Origin: Nanobdellota archaeon
GTDB taxonomy: Archaea > Nanobdellota > Nanobdellia > Pacearchaeales > GW2011-AR1
Direction of reading: 5' to 3'
DNA length: 32,000 nucleotides
Assembly: GCA_018818285.1 (NCBI GenBank)
Contig: JAHIRT010000075.1
Location: 1,608 to 33,607 of the forward strand
A model generated the notes under the pieces. The model ran no database searches and had not been told where the DNA came from. It saw nothing but the letters and a program-made list of their open reading frames with translations. A program made the translations under genes and the position numbers. This document shows, in pieces, positions 17,457 to 26,245 of this stretch (positions are counted from its first letter, which is position 1; every line of letters starts with the position of its first letter).

Positions 17457-20139
17457 TTTTTCTCCAAAAATTTACAATAATGCAAATAACAATAGTTAGC
17501 AAAAGAGAATAAGCTATATATAGATTTCTTTTTTTTACTACAAATCCAATAACAGCTCCAACAAGATTGATTTTTGTTTTTTTAGAATTATCAGATTCAA
17601 CTTCATAATCTAAAGGAACAGAAGCATTTTCTTTATTTGTTGGATTTATAGTTTCTTGTTTTTCTATTTTTTCATTTATATTTTTTATTGTTATATTTGC
17701 CTTATTGTTTTTTATAGAATTTAATTTAATTATTAAATTATAATAATCACTGTTTGTTAAATTAAATTTTTTTTCTTCTTCAATAGAAATATCAAAGTTC
17801 ATGGGGGTGCTTCTGAGTGTTACAGAAACTGTGCTTGCAAAAATTTTTGCTATTGTTATTGAATGTTTTTCGTTTTCTAAATCAAAATTTATTTTATCTC
17901 CAATACCAATTATTTTTGAATATCCTTTTTTTATTTCTTCTTTATTTACTGAATATGTGTTTATTGAAGTTATTGCTCCTCCACCACCACCACTTCCAGA
18001 AGATGCTACGGGCTGTGAAATTGCAATGCTTCTTGAACTTGAATTATTCTCATTTCCTGCTTCATCTGTGCAGTTTATATTCCAAATATAATTTCCTGCT
18101 GATAAGGTTTTTGAGATTGTACTTGTGACATTAATTTGAGAACTGTTTAAATCAACAGAATCAGAAGAACCAATTATTATTAACTCACAAGATATTATCT
18201 CTGAATTATCTGAAACATTAAACTGAAAATCAAGTGTTGTTGAAGAAGCTGTTTCTGAATAACTATCTGAAGGAGAAATCAGAGCTATATTTGGTTTTGT
18301 TTTATCATATGTTATTGTAAAATTTGAATCTGAGTAAATTTCTGAAGTTTTATTATTAATAGCAAGGCAGTTCCAGTAATAATCTGTTTCTTGAGAAAAA
18401 CTAAAATTAAATTCTGTCTCATTATTTAATCCAGTTATATTTTTTGTTTCATTAAAAATTAAATCTGTTGAATTCCATAAAAAGAATGTTATGTTGTTTA
18501 GATTTGAGTTTAAAGTTACATTGCAGAAAAAACTTTGATTTTGTGTATTTGTTTTTGTGTTGTTTTCAGGTGAAATCAATCCAACAACTGCTTCAAGTAT
18601 TTCTAAACTATGGCTTTCAGAATAATTCCCGCAGTTCTCCTGCATATCACAAGCATAACAATTATAATAATATTCTCCTGTATTTATATCTGAAAGATTA
18701 AACTCTGAATAACTGCTTGTAGCATTTATATTTGTCGAATTTTCATAATACAATCCAGTTGAATTGTAAATATCAATTGTTATATTTTTTAATTGGATGT
18801 CTGTTGCATTACATGAAAAAATAATATTTGTATCTATTGTTTTTAAATTATCAAGGGGATAGTTTAATATTATTTCTGGAGGGGTTTCATCTAAACTTAA
18901 AATCGAAGAGTAGATATCTATTCTTGAGAAGTTTAATCCTGAAAAAGAATCACTTATTATTTTTCCATTATTTACGAGAGCATTTTGAATTTCCAATGGT
19001 GTGAGAATTTTTCCTGTTTCAAGTTTTTTAAATTGCCTAATTAATGCAAATGCTCCAGCAACATGAGGAGTAGCCATGCTTGTTCCTTGATGAGTGGCTG
19101 TTCCTCCATCTAACCAGGTAGATGTTATATCTGTTCCAGGAGCAATTAAATCTGTTATATTATTTCTGTTGCTGGCAGAATTTATTATATCTTCTTTACT
19201 TGCCCATGCAACAGAAGTTGCATTTTCTATGCATGCAGGAGAAGAAATTGCAGTATAATCCCCATTATTTCCTGCTGCTGCTATAACTGAAATGTTTTTT
19301 GCTATTGCGCTATTTATTGCACTTGCAACTCCTGAATAATCTGAATCACAATAATTAATATAGTCTCCCTCTGCAAAACCTAAACTCATACTGATCACAG
19401 AAATATCATAAATAGAAGAATTATCAACACACCATTGAATAGCATTAGCAAGAACTACCTCATTTCCTCCATCTCCAGAATCATTAAAAACTTTTAATGC
19501 AATAATTTTTGTATCAGGTGAAACTCCTAAAACAGAACCTTTTGCTGAAACAATTCCTGCAACATGGGTTCCGTGTCCATTATGATCCATTGGATTATCA
19601 TCTTCTGAAGAACAAAAAGCACCCACACAAAAATCCCATCCACCAATCACCTTGCATCCTTCTCCAAAACAACCACCTAAATCAGGATGATTATAATCAA
19701 CTCCTGTATCAATAATGCAAACAGTTTCATTTAATCCTGTTATGTTTGTGAGATTTTGCTGAAAACTCCATGAAGATGAAGCATTTATTATGGAAACAGA
19801 ATCCTGAAGAAAAAGAATTAATTTTTTTGATTCTCTCACTCTAAGAACTTTTTCATTATTTTCCAATTCTTCAAGTTCTTTTTCTGAAACTACAGTAGAA
19901 AATGAATTTTCAAATTTATTATTTATTTTTTCTTCTGGAAAATTTCCTAAGTCTTTTTCAGAAAATGTTTTTATTTTTTGATTATCTAATTTCATTTCAA
20001 CAATAACTTCAATTTCTTTTTTTTCTTTTAATTCTTTAACAATGGTTTTATCAATTTTTTCATCAATAGAATGAATAGAACTAACCATTACGAGTAATAA
20101 AAGAACAAAGCAAAAAACAAGTTTAAACTCTTTTTTCAT
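17407..20139 (-). CDS. Cell-surface subtilisin-like serine protease (peptidase S8), with propeptide, repeated Ig-like stalk and C-terminal TM anchor
   Basis: Signal peptide present. Catalytic D (CIIDTGVDYNHPDL), H (HGTHVAGIV) and S (GTSMATPHVAGA). Dozens of NxS/T sequons, a GSGGGGGA linker and a C-terminal TM LYIAYSLLLTIVICIIVNFW. Confidence 0.9.
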   Translation of the reverse strand: MKKEFKLVFCFVLLLLVMVSSIHSIDEKIDKTIVKELKEKKEIEVIVEMKLDNQKIKTFSEKDLGNFPEEKINNKFENSFSTVVSEKELEELENNEKVLRVRESKKLILFLQDSVSIINASSSWSFQQNLTNITGLNETVCIIDTGVDYNHPDLGGCFGEGCKVIGGWDFCVGAFCSSEDDNPMDHNGHGTHVAGIVSAKGSVLGVSPDTKIIALKVFNDSGDGGNEVVLANAIQWCVDNSSIYDISVISMSLGFAEGDYINYCDSDYSGVASAINSAIAKNISVIAAAGNNGDYTAISSPACIENATSVAWASKEDIINSASNRNNITDLIAPGTDITSTWLDGGTATHQGTSMATPHVAGAFALIRQFKKLETGKILTPLEIQNALVNNGKIISDSFSGLNFSRIDIYSSILSLDETPPEIILNYPLDNLKTIDTNIIFSCNATDIQLKNITIDIYNSTGLYYENSTNINATSSYSEFNLSDINTGEYYYNCYACDMQENCGNYSESHSLEILEAVVGLISPENNTKTNTQNQSFFCNVTLNSNLNNITFFLWNSTDLIFNETKNITGLNNETEFNFSFSQETDYYWNCLAINNKTSEIYSDSNFTITYDKTKPNIALISPSDSYSETASSTTLDFQFNVSDNSEIISCELIIIGSSDSVDLNSSQINVTSTISKTLSAGNYIWNINCTDEAGNENNSSSRSIAISQPVASSGSGGGGGAITSINTYSVNKEEIKKGYSKIIGIGDKINFDLENEKHSITIAKIFASTVSVTLRSTPMNFDISIEEEKKFNLTNSDYYNLIIKLNSIKNNKANITIKNINEKIEKQETINPTNKENASVPLDYEVESDNSKKTKINLVGAVIGFVVKKRNLYIAYSLLLTIVICIIVNFWRKNEAKKRKSSETKLKRK

Positions 20140-20253
20140 TTTATTAAAAATGCTCTATTAAGGGAACATTTTGGAGTGGAGGGGTGTTGCATTTTTGATT
20201 TTTGAAAATTTCCTTTTTTCATCAAATAATTAAATAAAACACTATTTTAAATT

Positions 20254-20571
20254 TTACTTCTCTTTGCACTTTCCAAAACTGCATCCACATTCAATTTCTT
20301 TGCAATTATAAACTGCAATGCACATTATGTTTTTATCGCATTCTTTTAATTTTTCTTTCCAATTTTCAGAATTATCTTTAGACATGCATTCCTGCTTTCC
20401 TCCCATATTACAAGGACAGCAAGTTGTTTCTTGCAAAACACATCCAGAATCAGACTTGCATTCAGAGTTATTTTTAAATTTAATAACAAAAATAAATATT
20501 GAGAATAGGATTATGAGGGATAAAATTATGAAGAGAATAGGTTGAGCTATAAATTTTTTGTTTTTTTTCAT
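20254..20571 (-). CDS. Small membrane-anchored cysteine-rich protein
   Basis: The likely start is ATG at 20571 (MKKNKKFIAQPILFIILSLIILF...). The track's upstream extension starts at TTG. The ectodomain has 14 Cys (CKSDSGCVLQETTCCPCNMGGKQEC...CGCSFGKC). Confidence 0.6.
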   Translation of the reverse strand: MKKNKKFIAQPILFIILSLIILFSIFIFVIKFKNNSECKSDSGCVLQETTCCPCNMGGKQECMSKDNSENWKEKLKECDKNIMCIAVYNCKEIECGCSFGKCKEK

Positions 20572-20705
20572 TTTAGACTTCTGACTTAATATTTCACCAA
20601 CATATTTAAACCTATTTTTTCTTTTATTTAAAAGAGGTTTGAATAATGAAATCAAAAATGTGCCACTACACTCTAAGAAGTTTCCTTAGCAAAAGCATTT
20701 TTGAT

Positions 20706-20755
20706 ACAGGAATTGAAATTCCTGTCTCCCAAACTCTAAAACCTCAAAGAGTTTG
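20706..20755. promoter_or_regulatory. Two adjacent palindromes in a divergent intergenic region
   Basis: acaggaatt-ga-aattcctgt (20706..20725, perfect 9+9) and caaactct-N10-agagtttg (20730..20755, 8+8), located 55-105 nt upstream of the RNase J ATG. Confidence 0.3.
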
Positions 20756-20811
20756 TGATATCCAAAAATCAAGGAGATTTTTGGCTTTTAAATTTCAGGA
20801 AAAAATTTAAA

Positions 20812-22143
20812 ATGAAAATATTTACAATCGGCGGTTATAATGAAGTTGGAAAAAATATGACTGCTGTAAAGATAAATGATGATGTTGTTATATTTGATTG
20901 CGGGCTCCATCTTCCCCCTATAGTTGAATTAGAAGAACAGGAAAGAACAATGAATGAAAAAAGACTTAGGAGTATTGGTGCATTACCTGAAGACACAATT
21001 CTTGACAGTCTTGATTTGAGAAGAAAAGTCAGAGCAATTTTAATTGGACATGCTCATTTGGACCATGTTGGGGCTGTTCCTTATATTGCTCAAAGATATA
21101 ATGCAGATGTTTATGGAACTCCATTTACAATGCAAGTTTTGAAAACCTTAATAAAAGATGAGGAAGTTAATTTTAAAAATAAAATAAGAGAAGTTCTTCC
21201 AAATTCTTCTTTTACTATTAAAGGTAAAAAAAATTACACAGCAGAATTAATAAACATAACTCACTCTACAATACAATCCACTATGATGGCACTTCATACT
21301 CCAGAAGGAGTTGTCTTGTATGCTAATGATTTTAAATTTGATAATGCCCCACAATTAGGAAAAAAACCAAATTATGAAGCTTTAAAAAGAATAGGAAAAG
21401 AGGGTGTGAAGGCTCTTGTTGTTGAAAGTTTGTATGCTTCTGAAGAAAGAAAAACTCCATCTGAAAAAATTGCAAGAGGATTATTAGAAGATGTTTTATT
21501 TGCTACAGATAATAAAAATTCTGGAATTATTGTAACAACTTTTTCATCCCATATAGCAAGGCTCAAAAGCATAGTTGAGTTTGGAAAAAAATTAAACAGA
21601 AATGTTATTTTTCTTGGAAGAAGCCTTCACAAATATGTTTCTGCAGCAATGCAAGTTAAACTTTGTCCTTTTCAAAATGATATTTTATTAGTTAAATATA
21701 GAAAACAAGTAGAAGCTGTTTTAAAAAAAATAAATAAAAATAAAGATAAATATCTTATTGTTTGCACAGGGCATCAGGGAGAACCTGGAAGTATTTTAGA
21801 CAGAATAGCAAAAAATGAAACTGCTCTTGATTTGTCTTCAAGGGACCAGGTTATTTTTTCATCTAAAACAATTCCTTCAGAAATAAATATAGCAAACAAA
21901 GGACAATTAGAAAAAAGATTAAAGAAAAAAGGAGCCAGAATATTTAATGAGGTTCATGTTTCGGGGCATGCTGGAAGAGAGGATTTAAGGGATTTTATTA
22001 ATATGATTCAGCCAGAGCATATAATTCCTGCACATGGGGACTTGCCTAAATTATCAGCATTAGCTGAACTTGCAGGAGAAATGGGTTATAAATTAGGAAA
22101 AACTTCTCATATAATGCAAAATGGGCAGAATATAGAACTTTAG
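20812..22143 (+). CDS. rnj: Archaeal RNase J (beta-CASP metallo-beta-lactamase)
   Basis: HAHLDHVGAVPY (HxHxDH), beta-CASP motifs, and the C-terminal HVSGHAGREDL / PAHGD. I prefer the ATG at 20812 (MKIFTIGGYNEVGKN) with ttttaaat about 22 nt upstream. The track start at 20755 is GTG. Confidence 0.9.
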   Translation: MKIFTIGGYNEVGKNMTAVKINDDVVIFDCGLHLPPIVELEEQERTMNEKRLRSIGALPEDTILDSLDLRRKVRAILIGHAHLDHVGAVPYIAQRYNADVYGTPFTMQVLKTLIKDEEVNFKNKIREVLPNSSFTIKGKKNYTAELINITHSTIQSTMMALHTPEGVVLYANDFKFDNAPQLGKKPNYEALKRIGKEGVKALVVESLYASEERKTPSEKIARGLLEDVLFATDNKNSGIIVTTFSSHIARLKSIVEFGKKLNRNVIFLGRSLHKYVSAAMQVKLCPFQNDILLVKYRKQVEAVLKKINKNKDKYLIVCTGHQGEPGSILDRIAKNETALDLSSRDQVIFSSKTIPSEINIANKGQLEKRLKKKGARIFNEVHVSGHAGREDLRDFINMIQPEHIIPAHGDLPKLSALAELAGEMGYKLGKTSHIMQNGQNIEL

Positions 22144-22183
22144 TTTGCCAAACTTATTTAAATCAAGATTTCTTATTTTATTT

Positions 22184-22534
22184 ATGCAAAAACCTGAAAT
22201 TGTTGAAGGATTAAAATATGCAATAGAAAAAGGGGAAAGTATTGAAAAAGCTAAGCAGAGTTTTATAAATGCGGGATATGAATTAAGTGATGTTGAGGAT
22301 TCTGCAAATGTTCTTGGGGGTGTTATAACAAAGATTCATCCTGAAGAGAGTCCTGCTCCAATTAATGAAGAAGACAGGAAAATTCCTGTTAATCCAATGC
22401 CAAAAGAAAAAGGAACAAAATCAAGAAAAATTTTAATTGCACTTATAATTGTTTTATTAATCCTCATATCTTTTTTTCTTGTGTCTTTCTTTTTTAAAGA
22501 CAAAATTATTAATTTTATTTCTGGTTTTTTTTAA
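22184..22534 (+). CDS. Hypothetical protein with a C-terminal TM anchor
   Basis: ATG at 22184 (MQKPEIVEGLKYAIEKGE...). C-terminal ILIALIIVLLILISFFLVSFFF. Tightly packed between rnj and the methyltransferase. Confidence 0.55.
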   Translation: MQKPEIVEGLKYAIEKGESIEKAKQSFINAGYELSDVEDSANVLGGVITKIHPEESPAPINEEDRKIPVNPMPKEKGTKSRKILIALIIVLLILISFFLVSFFFKDKIINFISGFF

Positions 22535-22535
22535 A

Positions 22536-23123
22536 ATGCCTATTTATGAACCAAGAGAAGACTCTTATCTTTTATCTGAAGAATTAAAAAAATATTTGAT
22601 AAAACTAAAAAACAGAAAAATAAATGCTCTTGACATTGGAACTGGCTCTGGAATTCAGGCAGAGACAATTTCAGAATTTATTAATAAGAAAAATATAACT
22701 TGTTCTGATATTAATAAAGAAGCTATTGAAATTGCAAGAAAAAAAGGGTTTAAAGCAGTTAAATCTGATTTGTTCTCAAATATAAAAAGAAAATTTGATT
22801 TGATTGTTTTTAATCCACCATATCTCCCAAAAGACAGGCATGACAAGAAAAAAGATACAACTGGAGGAAAAAAAGGAGATGAAACAATATTAAGATTTCT
22901 CAAACAATCTAAAAAACATCTTAATCAAAATGGAAAAATATTTTTGCTGTTAAGTTCTCTTACTCCAAGAGCAAACATAAACAAAGAATTGAAAAAACAT
23001 AATTTCAAAATTAAAAAAACAGGGAGGTTTTTTGCCTCTAAAAAACAGGAAATTTTTAAGATGAAAAAATTATCAGAAAAAAAATTGTTTTTTGAGAAAT
23101 TAGAAGTTTGGATGATTAATTAG
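22536..23123 (+). CDS. HemK/Mtq2-like N5-glutamine (NPPY) SAM-dependent methyltransferase
   Basis: MPIYEPREDSYLL N-terminus, SAM motif ALDIGTGSGIQ and catalytic FNPPYLP. The internal ATG at 22536 is in frame (residue 20 of the track ORF) and abuts the stop of the previous gene. Confidence 0.8.
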   Translation: MPIYEPREDSYLLSEELKKYLIKLKNRKINALDIGTGSGIQAETISEFINKKNITCSDINKEAIEIARKKGFKAVKSDLFSNIKRKFDLIVFNPPYLPKDRHDKKKDTTGGKKGDETILRFLKQSKKHLNQNGKIFLLLSSLTPRANINKELKKHNFKIKKTGRFFASKKQEIFKMKKLSEKKLFFEKLEVWMIN

Positions 23124-23571
23124 AGATATGGTATTTATATTTGTGAAAATAATATATATTTGTTATTGTTGGAATAAGATAAATTAAAAATGCATAATAA
23201 GAAATTGAATTAAATAATAATCTTGCAATTATGATATACATCAACATTATTGCATAAGAACTTACACAGGTTAAAATTCCAATTTTATTAAAATCATAAA
23301 TTGTGCTGTTATATTTTTTTATAAATTTTAAATTTTTATGAACCCATAAAAAACCATTTTTTATTTTTTTAATTGTTTTATCTTTATAAGATAATTTTTC
23401 TTTTTTGTCTCCATAAAATTTATTCATTATAATAAATTCAAAAATCCCGCCGAATGCATAAAAAACAAATGAGATTATAAAAAATTCAAACCTTGCAGAT
23501 AGCATTATAATAACAGCAAACAATACTAATATAAATTGCAAACTTCTTCCTAAAAAATTTTTCAAAGTCAT
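23116..23571 (-). CDS. Hypothetical integral membrane protein
   Basis: 151 aa with about 4 hydrophobic helices. ATG start. Convergent 8-nt overlap with the methyltransferase gene. Confidence 0.55.
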   Translation of the reverse strand: MTLKNFLGRSLQFILVLFAVIIMLSARFEFFIISFVFYAFGGIFEFIIMNKFYGDKKEKLSYKDKTIKKIKNGFLWVHKNLKFIKKYNSTIYDFNKIGILTCVSSYAIMLMYIIIARLLFNSISYYAFLIYLIPTITNIYYFHKYKYHISN

Positions 23572-23573
23572 TC

Positions 23574-24155
23574 TTATTTCTCTTTATTTTTAACATGCCA
23601 CCAAGCAACAGAAGCTGAAACAATTCCAGTTAAAATTAATATAATCATATCAACTGTGGTTTTATTTTGTGAAATTAATGCTGTTTTAACTGCATAAACC
23701 ATGAATACATAAAGAACAAAATAAAAGAAAATCATGCTTAATATTTTGCACCCTAAAATTCCACTTTCTTCAATTAAATCTCTTAGGTATATGGATATGG
23801 AAAAACCAACTGCTATTAAAATTAATGCTCCAACTAAAGCCGGGATAACAACTAACACAGAGGTAATCCAATTTGTTAATTCTGGGATATCAAGTTGCTC
23901 TAATGCAATACTGATGAATAATATATAGATAGACCATTTAACTACTGTGATAATTAATTCTACAAAACTATTTCTAACAGACCTTTGGATATTTGCTTTT
24001 TCAACTCCTTTTCTTAATACAAAGCCTGCAAATTTTCCTAAAATAATACCAACTCCGAGCCAAATTATTGCTAAAATAAGATTAATCACAAATAGATTTA
24101 TGTCTCCTACTGGAAATTTCTCAGACAAGATTTCTAAGACACTCATTGAAATCAT
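23574..24155 (-). CDS. Integral membrane protein (possibly with mechanosensitive-channel-like TM-helix repeats)
   Basis: ATG at 24155 (MISMSVLEIL...) with tttataaa (24177..24184) 25 nt upstream. Multiple TM helices. The functional guess rests on pattern only. Confidence 0.6.
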   Translation of the reverse strand: MISMSVLEILSEKFPVGDINLFVINLILAIIWLGVGIILGKFAGFVLRKGVEKANIQRSVRNSFVELIITVVKWSIYILFISIALEQLDIPELTNWITSVLVVIPALVGALILIAVGFSISIYLRDLIEESGILGCKILSMIFFYFVLYVFMVYAVKTALISQNKTTVDMIILILTGIVSASVAWWHVKNKEK

Positions 24156-24174
24156 AAAATAATTAAGCAAAACA

Positions 24175-24189
24175 AGTTTATAAATGTTT
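24175..24189 (-). promoter_or_regulatory. BRE/TATA of the 23574..24155 gene
   Basis: Minus strand aaacatttataaact. The core is 25 nt from the ATG. Confidence 0.45.
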
Positions 24190-24407
24190 TTTTAAAACAA
24201 GAGATATCAAATAAAAAGAAAAAGAAAAAGAAAAATATATACAAAGATATATATTTTTATTCTTCCGTAGTTTCTGTTTCTTCTCCTTCAGGTTTTTCGT
24301 TTTCTTCCATTTTATCCTCCATTTTCATAAAATCAATATTTTGCCTCTTTTAAAAAGGTTTAGAAAAGCTTAAAAAACAAAAAATCAGGTGATTCACTAT
24401 TTATTAA

Positions 24408-24496
24408 TGGCTGTGGAGGGAGTTGAACCCTCGACCTCCTGCTATCTCAAAAAATTGTTTCATGAGACAGGCGTTCTGCCACTGAACTACACAGCC
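24408..24496 (-). tRNA. tRNA with CAU anticodon (elongator Met or Ile2) and a 17-nt canonical 37/38 intron (24444..24460)
   Basis: The reverse complement is GGCTGTGTAGTTCAGTGGCAGAACGCCTGTCTCATG[AAACAATTTTTTGAGAT]AGCAGGAGGTCGAGGGTTCAACTCCCTCCACAGCCA. All four arms pair. Intron TGAGA pairs with the TCTCA of the anticodon region, which is BHB-like. TATA ttttaaat lies about 24 nt upstream. Confidence 0.9.
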
Positions 24497-24608
24497 TGTA
24501 TTTACAAAAAGAACCCCATTTAAAAATTTTTTTGATGTCAGAAATGTACACTAATTTTTTGATATTGGGCTTTTTGAAAAGAAAAATAAAAAAGAAAATT
24601 AGTGTTAA

Positions 24609-24938
24609 TTATTTTGTAAGGGTTATTTCTATTATTGATACATTAATGTCTTTACCCTCTTTATTCTTGAATTCTTCACTGCCTATTTTTATATCTTTTA
24701 CTTTTATGTTATCTTCTTTCAAGAATTTCTTTGTTGTTACTTCTGCTACATCAACAGCCCTCGATATAAACTTTCCTCTTGCCTTAACAATTACTTCTTT
24801 GCTTCCTTTTTTTGTAAACTGCATAACAACTCCAGTTATATAGTTCATAAAAGGTTTGTTTCCAATAAAGATAACATTGTCATCTTTTTTCTCAGAAACT
24901 TTCTCAGATTCCTGAAGTTTTTGTGTTTCTTCTGTCAT
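24609..24938 (-). CDS. albA: Alba (Sac10b) DNA/RNA-binding protein
   Basis: NVIFIGNKPFMNYITGVVMQF...EVIVKARGKFISRAVDVAEV...IKIGSEEF...VSIIEITL. Confidence 0.9.
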   Translation of the reverse strand: MTEETQKLQESEKVSEKKDDNVIFIGNKPFMNYITGVVMQFTKKGSKEVIVKARGKFISRAVDVAEVTTKKFLKEDNIKVKDIKIGSEEFKNKEGKDINVSIIEITLTK

Positions 24939-24976
24939 TTTTCTTGTTTAACCTCCTTGTTATTGTTGTTATTTAT

Positions 24977-25165
24977 CTAAGCTTTTTGCTTAGCATGAAT
25001 GCTCTTTAATTTAGTAATATATCCTGCAACCATATTTTTTATTTTTTTGCTTGGAAGCAAGCCATTTATTAATGCTTTATTTTCCTTAAAATCCTGTTTA
25101 AAATCATGTTCTTCATATAATTTTTTCGCAGTTTTTTTAACTAACGCTGATTTGATTCTTCCCAT
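24977..25165 (-). CDS. rps17e: 30S ribosomal protein eS17
   Basis: MGRIKSALVKKTAKKLYEEHDFKQDFKENK matches the S17e N-terminal pattern. 62 aa. Confidence 0.85.
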   Translation of the reverse strand: MGRIKSALVKKTAKKLYEEHDFKQDFKENKALINGLLPSKKIKNMVAGYITKLKSIHAKQKA

Positions 25166-25234
25166 CTTTTAAACCTGAAACCTGCATATTTAAATTTTAT
25201 TGTAGTGCAGAATGTTTCACTTTTCTTAAAAAAA

Positions 25235-26113
25235 TTAGATTTTCTTGAATATCACCATGTTTGAATAATCTTTTATATATTCTTTTGATTTTTTGTCCAG
25301 TTCTCCTGGGGAAACAAAAAAAACAGGCATTTTATTTGACTGGGATTTTTGCATGGCTATTGTCAAATCATTTTCTGAAACTCTCTTTTTATCCTTGGCT
25401 AAAAGAAGAAATTTCAAATCTCCGATTCCAGAATTTATTTTTATTATTGAAACAAACTCTTTTTTCTTTATTTCAATTTCTTCTAAAATCTCTATATTTT
25501 CTTGATTAAGCAAAGAAATAATTCTGTCCACAAACTCTGATTTTTCCTTTTTTTTCTCAATTTTTTTTGTTTCTTGAATTTCTAAAAGGGGTTTTTCTTT
25601 TTTTTCTTCATATGTTTTTTGGAGATTTTTTGGAATCTTTTCAAATGTTTCTATTTTTCTTGTTCTTTTTTCAAACAAGTTCTTAAGTTCTTCTTCTGAA
25701 AAACTATGAAATCTCCAAAATAATTTCTTTTGATTCTCAAAATTCAAAATTATAGGAAAAGCAAAATCCCTTATATTTCTCAAGGCCACCCTAATGGAAG
25801 GCTCTTGTTTTTCATCTTTTAAAACCTTTTTTTCTTTTAATAGAAGAAAAGCTTCTGCTTCTTTTCCTGGAAGATAATTATAAAATTTTTCGAGTTGCTT
25901 TTCTTGTCCAGATATTAAGTAAAGTGGGGAGCCTCCAACTTTTAAGTTGCTTACTTTTATGATTTTTTCTGAAACTAATTCAGATAAAAATGCAGAAGCA
26001 AACAAAATCTGAAGTCCTGTTTCCTTTGATATGTGAACAGGCAGGCTGGGGCCTCTTGATTTTATTATATTTATTATTTTTTCCTTTAAAAATTTAGGAT
26101 TTCCTTGTTCCAT
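25235..26113 (-). CDS. Tandem winged-helix protein with a K/E-rich linker and a C-terminal Mrr-cat-like (PD-(D/E)xK fold?) domain; function unknown
   Basis: wH-like segments at residues 10-75 and 80-140. The C-terminal GIGDLKFLLLAKDKKRVSENDL...MPVFFVSPGELDKKSKEY resembles the D...(Q)AK...fit-t core of Mrr-type nucleases, but with L in place of Q/E. Confidence 0.6.
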   Translation of the reverse strand: MEQGNPKFLKEKIINIIKSRGPSLPVHISKETGLQILFASAFLSELVSEKIIKVSNLKVGGSPLYLISGQEKQLEKFYNYLPGKEAEAFLLLKEKKVLKDEKQEPSIRVALRNIRDFAFPIILNFENQKKLFWRFHSFSEEELKNLFEKRTRKIETFEKIPKNLQKTYEEKKEKPLLEIQETKKIEKKKEKSEFVDRIISLLNQENIEILEEIEIKKKEFVSIIKINSGIGDLKFLLLAKDKKRVSENDLTIAMQKSQSNKMPVFFVSPGELDKKSKEYIKDYSNMVIFKKI

Positions 26114-26134
26114 AGATTAATCAAAGAAAAAGAG

Positions 26135-26146
26135 GTTATAAATTTA
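26135..26146 (-). promoter_or_regulatory. BRE/TATA of the 25235..26113 gene
   Basis: Minus strand aaatttataacc, centred about 27 nt upstream of the ATG at 26113. Confidence 0.4.
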
Positions 26147-26212
26147 TTTCTATAATACAGAACATATTAATCAAAAAATTCTTGTGTGTTTTTGTTTTGA
26201 ATTTTTGGATGA

Positions 26213-26243
26213 TCAGAAATGCAATCCATTCCAGCATTTCTGA
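26213..26243 (-). terminator. 10-bp hairpin immediately 3' of the CaCA gene
   Basis: tcagaaatgc (26213..26222) and gcatttctga (26234..26243) form a perfect inverted repeat with an 11-nt loop. No strong T-run follows on the minus strand. Confidence 0.3.
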
Positions 26244-26245
26244 CA

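Noticed and set aside
24257-24328. 23-codon acidic mini-ORF (MKMEDKMEENEKPEGEETETTEE) on the minus strand, with a TATA-like box upstream.
   Set aside because: It is too short and too low in complexity to distinguish from chance in A/G-rich spacer DNA next to an (AAAAAG)n microsatellite (24214..24236).
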